NCBI GenBank assembly: GCA_032718475.1
Contig: JAUCBJ010008936.1
Coordinates: forward strand, 69,357 to 133,356
Direction of reading: 5' to 3'
Length of the DNA: 64,000 nt
Source of the DNA: Nemertoderma westbladi
Taxonomy: Eukaryota; Animalia; Xenacoelomorpha
The position numbers were made by a program, and so were the translations under genes. Below, piece by piece: positions 1 through 10,723 of the stretch (position 1 is the first letter of the stretch; each line of letters starts with the position of its first letter). The notes under the pieces were generated by a model, which was given only the letters and a program-made list of their open reading frames with translations, had not been told where the DNA came from and searched no databases.

Positions 1-1664
1 GAATCCGCTCAATCTCCTGAGAGGGAGAGACCCCATAAAACTTCCCTCTACCATTGATGAACACATAGTTGCTATGTGAGACACCCGCTTGCTTTAGCAT
101 GCGCGGTCTAATCATATCGCAATAATGTTGAATCATCCTGTAGCGGGAGGACAACTGCAGCATTATTTGTTGCCTTTGTCTTATGGCCAGCAACCAAAAT
201 CAAGTGCTGCCTTGATTCTGACACAAAGGGCGGCTTATATGCCCGACGGAATTCCACCATCTTCATCTTTCCAGCAACACTAGGGCGTTGGTGCTCCCCA
301 ACTATGATAATGGCCATGAGGTACCGAACATAGAACGAATATAATATGCAATCAATCCACCCTATGTGAAGTTTCCTCTAGGCCTCAATCACAGAAAGAA
401 GGATTTTCTCATCCTTCACAAGAAACAGGGCATCTGCTGGAGTCTTATCATGAAACTCAATCATTGAGTTTAGCTCCTTCTGTCTCTCTACGGATGACCA
501 AAGGGTGATATTTTTGTGGAAGCTCTTGATAGCCTTTCTGACTAAGGAGATCTTGGATTGTAGGTGAGATGATATTTCATCTGCACCAGTTGATCCAGAT
601 CTGAACTGAAAGAACCTCAGTAGGCACTTCAGGTGGCCATCTAAACTTTCACCCTTTATGCCACATTTCTCATGCTCCTCTGCCATCACCAACTTCAACT
701 GCCCAAGGTCACAGACTGACAGTTCTACAAAACCCTGATCAGTAGTGCCCAACCACCTCTGAAACTGGAATGCAATAGTAGCAACCGTGTTAAGGTTATG
801 CTTGACATATTTTTGACTGTTTGATGTTGATCTGCCGCCATGGAGTCCTTCCATTTCTGGAGAACCTGTACATGGGTCGGATCAAACCTTAGGTCAAAAT
901 CATGTATAGCAAGCTTGCCCTTAACCGATTGCGCACCCCAGTCATAGCCAGTTGTAACACACGTCCCTACCACCTCTTCTCAATCACTATCATCATCACT
1001 CTGGGGAGTTTAGGAGGTCGTATGATCTCTCCTTCACTATCAGCATCATCTGAGGAAAACCAAAAACTCAAGTTCCTCCTATAACCTTTATCCTTAAGGA
1101 CAGAGTCGCACCTTGCAAGGATGACTTGAACAAGGTGTGGTAGGGGAATGCAAGTTTATCGTTGAAGGTGATGCTGAAGGAATATCTACAGTAATCTGCC
1201 CCTCATTAAGGTCTCCCGTTGCCAATACCATTACCTGCCTGACTTCCTACGTTTCTATATTTTATAAAGTCATTGCCTCTTAATGATATAACTTTGTTTG
1301 GGACACCCTTATCAACTTTTTTACCTAGCCATAAAATATCCCAATCAGACAATACTTCAGCCCCCTCCCCAACATTGTTTGAAACCATAATTTGCTTAAC
1401 TACTGTATAAATATAATCTTCTAGATTATTGATGACCTTTGTAGAATTAGATTGGGACCATGCTTCTTTAAATTCTTGCATTCGTAGTTTGGATTCTTCC
1501 TTTCTTAAATTATGAACTTTCTGAAGATGTGTAGAGAGGTACTTCTGTGGCCTAGGGGGATCGCATATAGTGCAGTCGATTATATAGCGGATTGGTTTCG
1601 ATGGAATTACTTTGGAGGGTCCAGTGCCAGTTGGGGCAGAATCATCAGAATCAGAATAAGACAT
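1..1664 (-). pseudogene. Decayed C2H2 zinc-finger + tyrosine recombinase gene (runs off the left edge)
   Basis: Joining minus-strand fragments gives an acidic N-terminus and C2H2 finger CTIC..YLSTHLQKVH (1206-1664), a helical region (378-973), YR box I YLMAIIIVGEHQRPSVAGKM..EF and LVAGHKT (108-330), then after a frameshift IRPRML..SNYVFINGRG (1-112). The order is collinear with the intact YR at 37203-41535. Several stops and frameshifts are present. Confidence 0.72.
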
Positions 1665-1711
1665 ATTAGATAAGAAAGAGTGGAGAGTGAAAAAAAAAGA
1701 AATAATAAATC

Positions 1712-1900
1712 AAATTGCAGTTGAGGTTATAAAGTTAATAGAACAATTCGTAGATCAAAGATAATACAGATTGATGTAGAAATTGAGTATATCGAAAAAA
1801 TAATATTTATAGAAGAATGCAAATATTGCAGTTGAGTTGATAAAATTCGTAGAACAATTCGTAGATCAAAGTAAATAGAGATTGATATAGAAATTGAGAT
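1712..1900. repeat. Two imperfect direct repeats of ~80-110 bp upstream of the YR pseudogene
   Basis: ttgcagttgag...agaacaattcgtagatcaaag...agattgat.tagaaattgag occurs at ~1715 and ~1825. Confidence 0.7.
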
Positions 1901-3157
1901 AGATAACTGAATTATTTAATTATTAGGTTATTTTTATGTACAAATTTGAACTTCTGTCTTGACTTTAACACCCTGGTAGCTAAATGAATGGAAGCGGTGT
2001 TGCTGCAGGTATAAATCCTGCCTTTAAAATTACTTATTTTACCAATTTTCCCAAAATACTGTATATTTAGTGATAAAGGACCAGTTACGGTATCATATTG
2101 ATTTGTTTCTTACAAATTATTCTTTAGTAAAGGTTCTTACGCCATCTTGTGCTATTACACCTATATTCGATCTAATTTCTGTTGTATGGCCTACTAAGCC
2201 TCAAATGGAATACGTGACGCTTATTGGCAATGCTCCTTCCTGATAAAGCTAGTATATAAGTGCGGTTGTGCTATGATTGATTTTACTCTCTCTTTTTGGT
2301 ATTGTTTGACAGAAGAAGTCGCACTGCCCATGCAGAGGCTTTATTCCCCGGTCAGGTTTAACTGACTGGTGGTTATTACAGGCCAAATGTCTAAAATTAA
2401 AGAGTTAATAATTGAATTATAATTATTCATTGCTACATTGTATATTCTACTGGTTTATTCAATTTATCTTTATTATTTGCTTAATATATCGCCGATATTA
2501 TGTAATCAAGGAGGTTTTACACGCGCCACAACAGGTGGGTTGCAGTAACTAAGTATCAGTGATAATCTGGACAATTGTATCAGATTTGTGTGCTGTTATA
2601 TCTCTGACTTACTAAATAATTAATATATGGCGATATTTCAGACCATTAATGTAAGCAAAGCTCTCATTATTAATTGCATCACGATTGAGAGTTGTCACAA
2701 ATTGAATACTGTAGCGATATCAATATAATTAGACCCGAAGACTTGTCTCTATACGTTTCCCCTAAAGGGAAACACAATCACCAGACTTGAGTTCTTACAG
2801 AATTAATTAGTCAGTCATTTGCTTGTTATACTGTGTTGTCACACCCTCCCGGTATAGTGTCTCAGTCAAATACAATAGATAATCAAATACCGTATTGAAC
2901 TAAGTGAAATATAGAGCAAATCAATGCATCGAAAGGAAAAAGGGCAAAGAAACAGATACAGTGAGCGGCCCTTGTTGACAGGTACACTAGCACAATCCCG
3001 TTTATTGTATCAGACCAGACATCTTGCCTTCAATTTTGCATGGTTTATTAAGTAACAGAAAAGAGTCAAAATATATGAAAATTGAGAGTGAAAGAACATA
3101 ATTTACTAAAAGCACTAACACCCACAGATATTCCACTCACCAAATGGGTCAAATTAA

Positions 3158-3395
3158 AAACTAAAATTAGTAACTAGGTACTAAAATTAGTAACTGGATA
3201 CTAAAATTAGTAACTGGGAATGAAAATAGTAACTTACCATGTACTGAAATTAGTAACTGGATAGTGAAATTAGTAACCGCGTCTTGAAATTAGTAACAGG
3301 GTACTGAAATTAGTAACTGGGTACTGAAATTAGTAACAGGGCCCTGAAATTCGTAACTGGGTACTAAAATTGGTAACCGGGTACTGAAATTAGTG
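3158..3395. repeat. Minisatellite, 20-bp unit (consensus aaattagtaactgggtactg), ~11-12 copies
   Basis: Tandem units are directly visible. Confidence 0.9.
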
Positions 3396-4239
3396 TTTTT
3401 ATACCTACGAGATTAGCACTACATTGGGGATTAACCAGACATTATTGTAAATTACTGTTGTTAGATATATTTGCTATAAGCTAATAAGATAAAAGCATTG
3501 CGTTTTTTTACACATAATGCTAATATTATTCATATTATGATTATAATATTAATAAATAGCGTTTTTACCCATTGTTATTCTGTAATATTATAAAACAAAC
3601 CGCACCAATTTTGTTCAGATGTATTAAGTTATTGCATTTATAGAAATAACATTGTTTATATGGAAATTCTATGTAGGCCTATTACAAGATACCATGCATT
3701 TAATAACATTAAAATCATAATGTTTTAGTATTGATGTACTAATGTTAGAATAATAATGATAAAATAGTGAGAAACTAAATCAGGAATGCTATGAGAATGC
3801 TATGAAATAATTCCAATATTAGCTTAATGTTAGAATAACATTAGAATTGTAAGGGTGGGAAACCCACTAACTATTAGAATTCCAATGTTAAAATAACACT
3901 GATTAATATTGGTTACCGAATACTGCCGAAAGTGCACTTTTATTGCACAGGGTCCGAGCGCTTTGCCAAAAAAATTTAAAACTGGCATTAGTTTAACATT
4001 TGAATTTTAATATTTTATTATATGAATAAAGATGTTAATAAACATTATTTTAATGTTGCTATGGTTTGCAGGGTAGAGGTTATGATTCAAAATTACCACA
4101 GCAACTGGGTGTTTCGACATAGCAACGGCTTCTCTAAACATTATTAGACTATGGGACCGCTACCTACCCCTACTATATCGACTACTGCGGATTTAATGGA
4201 CGCGGTACCATAGCAACACGGTGAAGCAAGTTAGAGTTA

Positions 4240-4620
4240 CGTTAGTACGTTTTTAGTGTTTTATTGAACCCAAACAATGTAGATCCTGAGGACAGGGAAA
4301 CAAGAATCCACGGTATTACAGAATTAGTAAGTGATATCTGTAAACAGTATACACCAGGTCGGAATTTATCCCTTGATGAAGCATTACTACTTTTCAAAGG
4401 TCGGCTCGGATTCAATGTATTTATTCGCACGAAACGTTCCCGCTTTAGGATCAAACTATTTATTCTTTGTGACTCTAATGGGTATTTGGTTGTTGCAAGG
4501 GTGTATTTTGGGAAGAATGCCACAATACCCCAGATATTGGCAACACCACAGCTTCCACATAGTCGCTTTGTTACTTGATAAATCCGATTTATTGAAGAAA
4601 GGATACATTGTCCACATAGA
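4240..4620 (+). pseudogene. piggyBac transposase fragment 1 (first catalytic Asp)
   Basis: YTPGRNLSLDEALLLFKGR...KRSRFRIKLFILCDSNGY, then after a frameshift DLLKKGYIVHI. This matches the PGBD4-like DDE_Tnp_1_7 pattern. Confidence 0.9.
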
Positions 4621-4909
4621 AATTCTAAACTTATGAATTATTACTTTTAATTATTGAACTATGAATTAAAACTTATTATGAAATTCTAAACTCGTATAAA
4701 ACCATAAATTATAATATATTGACCCAATATATAATATAAACCATAAATGGATATTATATTTATATACATAAAAAATATGTAATTAGATAGAGAATAATTC
4801 GAATTATAACGATAAAAACAGCTGGTTATGTGCTCGTATCATAGTTTCCTAATATAGGTATCACAATAATTGATGCATTATAGTTCAGTTAGTATTCCCG
4901 GCGGTAGGT

Positions 4910-5256
4910 CTAGTTCAAGTCTAACTCATTTTCTATTTCTTGTATTCCTGCAACAAATGCTGGTCTCGAGCACTTCTTCGAAAATTCGTGCCGATATTCC
5001 ATACATGGAAACAAATAAAGACCCCATACATCCTTCACCCATGCGGCATCCTTTGATCCATAAAAGTAGACCCATAAACATTTACCCATCTTTAATCCCG
5101 GAGGATCGGCCATGGCTGGTGGAGCAGAAATACGACCAGGCCATGGTGTATCTTTTTTGCGCATTTTCACCCACACCAGATCACCAATCCTCATCATTTG
5201 CGACTCATCTGACTCCAGACCAGAACTGGTCAAATTACATTCCTCGTCAGAACTTT
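4910..5256 (-). CDS. PWWP-domain coding exon (probably a terminal exon; HDGF/GLYR1-like fold)
   Basis: IGDLVWVKMRKKDTPWPGRI...WVYFYGSKDAAWV...F..GIQEIE is a PWWP signature. The frame is open from a ttttAG acceptor (5257-5258) to the stop at 4910. Confidence 0.8.
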
Positions 5257-5848
5257 CTAAAATATGGATTACTATGGATGTTTAGGTTCAAATTAACTTT
5301 TATTGCTTAAATTGCTATTAAACAAGTCCAATATTTATTATATTAAATTATTATATAATTTTGTTTAAATTGTAATTTAAATTTTGTTAATCTACCGGTG
5401 ATTACCACGGACGCAAGTTGGAGCCGATGAATGACCCGCCGACAATACCCCCAGTATCGAGTCTTGCATCCCTCATAAGCTCATCGAAGGAACTCAAAAG
5501 GCTTTTACATGCGACTAGAATCATTGCAGTTACAACGGGTGAATTTATTGTCATGTTTATTCTTTAATGTCATAACTCAACACACAGTTACTAAAATTAA
5601 AAATAATAGTATGTTGTAAATGTATATAACAATGTTCTGAATTTGTAATATAGAATACTAAATACGAAAGCTGTACCTGCAAAATAGTCTTGAGAAAAAG
5701 CAATCTACATTGAACGCAATCTATAGTTTTTCATTTTTTCAATCTGATATATTTATTATAGTGGTCATTTCGTGGCTAACCCTTAAAAGGTATTTTATAT
5801 ATGAAGATATTATAAAATATTTTCACACAATATATTGTATATTTACAG

Positions 5849-6061
5849 ATCAACATCGTCCAAGGATGCAGAGGGGCAGTGTGCAGGGGCACCTACTACG
5901 GTAGGCCGTGTCCCTGTTTTCGAATAGTGGACCCCGTTTGGGTACTTAAGGCCGATGTCGTGCTTGAGGAAGTATTCGATAATGAGTCACGACATATCCG
6001 CCCTCATTATTTCTGCAGTAATGAGTTTACCTCATTATTCTTCGATAAAGCGCACCTAGAA
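5849..6061 (+). CDS. Orphan Cys-rich exon (71 codons, phase 0-0), function unknown
   Basis: GC-richer island bounded by tttacAG and GTgagt, open throughout: INIVQGCRGAVCRGTYYGRPCPCFRIVDPVWVL...HYFCSNEFTSLFFDKAHLE. Confidence 0.45.
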
Positions 6062-7769
6062 GTGAGTAATAAATAAATAGGAAATGTACCTTATGTGTAA
6101 AGTAAAGCACCAGTGTCTATTGTAACAGAAAACAAGTTGACTTTCAGTGTAATGAAAGAGTCTAGACATATAAAGTATATATCTTTTCTATTCTTCCCTA
6201 TATTGATTTTACAGAGCTCTCTAATGTTAAAGTTTATTAGATAAAATATATTACTTTACAAATAGAATGTATTATGGTCACTCTTTGTGAATAAATAGTT
6301 ATTAAGATATTATATTATATTATTATTATATTATTTACTATTATAGATAAATAATATATAACATTATTTATAATATAATACAAAACTACAATACATTTGC
6401 TGTATTGAATCATATTAGTATAAACTAAAAAACTCACATGTTTGACATTTTAGAACCTAATGTGTTTTTGGATAAAACTTATCATAATTACAAAAACTAA
6501 TAGCAAAAATTAGAACTCAAGCTTTTGATTTATATTAATTAATTGAATTACTACATACAGTATGTTGAATTGTAATATTTATACAGTCCAGCTCACCAAC
6601 AGAGTGCCATCGGATCCGATCTGAACCGATCGGATCCAACAGCTTCAAACACTTTCAGACAAACTCCAACAGTCCAACAACTTCAAACAGATTCAGACAG
6701 TTTCAAACAGAATCAGACAACTTCCAACAACCTGTCAATCACTCCACCCTCACTCAACCGCAACCCCAACTCAACTCCCATCTTCTTGCGCGCAGATAGA
6801 ATGAAAGCGTTTGAAACTACTAAAGGAACTCCATTTATAAAGCCACAATAACGACAGAGTGGACTGGCCACTGGCGGCGCCCTTGAACATTCACACTGTA
6901 ACTTAAGCCGACCTGAAGGAACAGCCCATTAGTGAGGTCGGTATTTCTCTTTTTCCTGCCGCTATCTTTGAATAACACAATAGCAGAAAGCTAACCAGTG
7001 GTCTACCCCCAATACAAGAAAGACAAGTTGGCTACCATTGAAATGAACGGGGAATGGAATTCTTTGTTCACATACTAATGTTGCTTTGGGTTGGTCTAGA
7101 GCCATACAATAGAGCTTTACGGAAATACACTTCCAAAGAGCCAAGCAGTGGCGGTATAGGTCCAAAATGCCCATGTAGAATTTCTTCGAATAAGGCTCAA
7201 TTTCTTTAAGTTACATTAATTAAAATACTGATAAATATATTTTGCTTTTTGCAGGAGGGACAGTATCCCCCTCTAAAGTTAATAATATAGTGTATGTAGA
7301 TGTGTTAGTTATATCGTTGCGTTTATTTATATTTATACATATACAGGTTTGGATATGATCTCTACTAGTTTGATTTTTGTTTTGTAAATTAATTAATTGT
7401 GCGGTTAATTTGTCAATCACAGCCTTAATTGGCTACATTGCTTATTGTATGAATGAATATAATTAGTTATTAAGACATTATTTTAATTAGTATCTGGTGT
7501 GATTAGGTCTACCTTTTACATAACAACAGTACGTCAATGGCGGATATACTACTACTACTAAGTCGAGCGAACTTGGACAGTGGAAATGAGATCCTTCCAG
7601 GCTTCCCAATTCTCCATAGTTGTCGCAATTTCGTTTCTCCCAAGTTCAGAGATGGCGGATATACATTACATCATAATATGGCATGGCAGTCACGTGAAAA
7701 CAAGGGCCTTCACATTCCCAATTCTCTATCTAATCTATTATGGTTGTGCGTATGGTTGTATCGCTGCGT

Positions 7770-9894
7770 GTAATGGCGACCAAAAAGCATTGTTCAGTCT
7801 GGTAAACTCGCTGGCCAAACAAAGATTATTTTGCTGCAAAAATCCGAATTATCCGAGACAAACTAGACATTGCGAACTCCAGAACGGATCCTATTCAATG
7901 TAAATCTCATCAAATCTCTAGTGACCACACAAGAACTGCAACGCTTTCTCAATTCACTGTACTGCCTACCTCCGAAGTGGGACGACTAATATCATCAGCA
8001 CCCAACAAGCAATGTCCTCAGGACCCATTACCAACCAGTATCGTAAAACAGTGCATCTCGAGTCTTTGTATACCAATCAGTATTATCACAAACATCAAAT
8101 TTTCGACCTGTAAGTGGTTTACCATTTGTATCAAAAATTGCAGAGCGAGCAGTAATGTCACAATTCCTACCATACATTGATGAACACCATCCTTTACCAT
8201 GCACTGAATCGGGATATCGACGATTCCACAGTACTGAAACAACCTTAATTAAAGTTCTATCCGATATCCTTATCAACATGGACAACAAGAAGGTGACATT
8301 TCTAGTGCTACTAGATCTAAGTACCGCCTTCGACACTGTAGACCACGATCGGCTTTTGAACGTATTCGAGTCGGAACTGGGAATTTGTGGCACCTGTCTC
8401 CGTTGGTTTTCATCGTTTCTCCGAGGACGTCATCAGCACGTAACAACATTGGGTTCGAACTCTAAGGATCACTTACTAGAATATGATTTTCCCCAGGGAG
8501 CTTGCTCATCATGTCACTACTTTGGGAACTTTGGCAGAGGGCTATTTAAAATCATCAAGCGACACTTACCAATTGCTTTACATGGATATGCAGATGATAA
8601 ACAAACCTACCACGCATTTCAGCCAACTAACAAATCCGATGAAAGCTCTAGAAAATTGCATCGCAGATTTGCGCGAATGGTTCATCGAAAATAAACTAAA
8701 AATAAACGATGATAAAACCGAGTTTATAATATTAGGAACCCCGCACCAATTATCTAAACTAACTACTAAGTCTATTCGTGTTGGGGACTTTGAAATACAT
8801 CCAGCAAAATCGGTGAAGAACCTTGGTGCATGGCTCGATCCTGGTCTAACCATGAGAAAGTTCATAACAAAAACTTGTAGTGCAGCCTTCTTCCACCTCC
8901 ACAATATTCGACGCATCGCCAACTTTCTCGACCAGAAGTCTGCAGAAACCATCATACACTCGCTCATATCAAGCCGTATCGATTACTGTAACGGTCCTCT
9001 CTACGGTATACCTGGCTACCAACTTGCAAAGTTGCAATGCGTACAAAACTGGGCTGCACGTCTACTAACCAAGGTTCACAAATACGATCACATTACACCG
9101 AGTCTCAAGCAATTACATTGGCTACCAGTTCGGAAACGCATCGAATTCAAATTACTTCTCCTCATTCACAAGTCCCGATTGCAATGAGCACCACAGTACA
9201 TCCGCGAAATGCTATCCCCGGTGACCTACGCAAACCACACAACCCGAAGGTGCACTTCACTCTCGCTCGTCGAACTGCGTTTTAAGTGCCAAACTTTGGG
9301 CCGCCGGGCCTTCCCCATAGCCGCCCGCAGACTCTGGAATAAACTCCCCACAGATATCCGTTCGATTTCCGATACACCGACCTTCAAGCGACAACTCAAA
9401 ACATACCTTTTCTCCATGGCATACGCATAATTAGTTTCGAATACCTCTAGTATTTAATTTAATTATATTATCTAATTTGCTTCATGGAACTGTCTTTTAA
9501 TGCTGTAATAATGTTGGTATGTCAGTATGTATACTGCATTGTATATCGTACAAACTTTTTTTTAACCATGTATTTTAACAAGCTCTAATTAATTTTACTT
9601 ATATTGAAAATTTGAACTGAACTGTTGATTGAACCGTTTTATTTATTGAAGTATTCGTAATTGTATTACTGAACTTTATGTTGATCGTTGTCGTGTCACA
9701 TATCTGCCTGTTTTTGAATGCCCCAATTATTGTTATCAAAATTTGCCGGTTTTAATGCTCTAAATATTTTACATATTCGTTTGTCACTTAATTGTCCGTT
9801 TTAAATCCCTAATTAATTATTTTGCTTATATTAGTTGATCACGAATTTGTCTATTTTGATACTTTTCGACACGCAATAAAATTACAAACCATAA
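7770..9894 (+). mobile_element. 5'-truncated, frameshifted L2-clade LINE (RT plus C-terminus plus 3' UTR)
   Basis: HSTETTLIKV, LVLLDLSTAFDTVDH, PQG, YADD, KLKINDDKTE, SRIDYCN, QCVQNWAARL, HITPSLKQLHWLPV, GRRAF..LWNKLP and FKRQLKTYLF are distributed over ORFs 7977-9430. Confidence 0.92.
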
Positions 9895-10350
9895 GTCCAC
9901 ATAGATAACTGGTATACTAGCACTCGCCTGGCGACGTTTTTTTACAATCCAAATGGTGTGAGAGGAACGATAAATGTAACTAGAGGAATTCCAGACGAAT
10001 TAAAAAACTTCAAACAGAAGGCTATTAGTTCGAAGTTTATGCGAAATGAAAGTAAAACAATCTTAGCTGTCAAATTTACTGATAAACGGGATGTTTATTT
10101 ATTGTCAACTGTGGATGATGCCAAAGAGGTTAAGAAGAACCGATTTGTCCATGGTGGTGATCAAGTTGCATTTTGTAAACCAACCCCGATTGACATGTAT
10201 AACAAATTCATGGGAGGCGTTGACTTGCAGGACCAACTTATAAAAATGTACAATCCTGTACGGAAGAGCCATTCGTGGTAGAAAAAGATTGGATATAATC
10301 TGGTTATGCGTTTGGTTATAAATGCCTATGTCATTCATAAGCGCGAGAAG
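9895..10350 (+). pseudogene. piggyBac transposase fragment 2 (second and third catalytic Asp)
   Basis: VHIDNWYTS, GT, KFTDKRDVYLLST, KPTPIDMYNKFMGGVDLQDQ, W*KK..NAYVIH. Confidence 0.92.
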
Positions 10351-10723
10351 AATAATAATAATAATAATTATTATTATTATTATTACACCCATAGTCAAAA
10401 ATTGCACATATGAAATTTATTTCAAATAAAATAGATCATTAGATAAAAATATATACAGTAAGTAGTGGGGGAGGAGACTAACCAGGCCCGTGCACTTACG
10501 GTTAGCCATTCCATTATTTAAGTTAATTAATTTGTATACTAATCGTTATAAGTACATGTAAAAGTAACTAAAAAGTATTAAATAATTAAACGTTTCCCTG
10601 ATAAAAATATTTTTCTAAAAAATATTGTTAAAGATATTTTTCTACTGCCTGTACTGAAATTGATATATCAACAATAAATAGTATTATATAATAACATGAG
10701 TTATGCCAAAAATAATCCAATTA

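Larger units (their letters stand above)
4621..9894 (+). mobile_element. 5.27-kb composite insertion into the piggyBac gene, flanked by an 11-bp target-site duplication
   Basis: GTCCACATAGA occurs at 4610-4620 and 9895-9905. Removing the insert restores GYIVHIDNWYTS. The insert ends with an L2 3' end (AATAAA at 9875, then a short tail). Confidence 0.85.

Noticed and set aside
1965-1985. piggyBac left TIR (TTAA-CACCCTGGTAGC)
   Set aside because: No matching inverted copy was found downstream of the transposase fragments.
2210-2290. Pol II promoter (TGACG, ATTGG, TATATAAG)
   Set aside because: The motif arrangement is plausible, but no downstream gene or second LTR-like copy could be tied to it.
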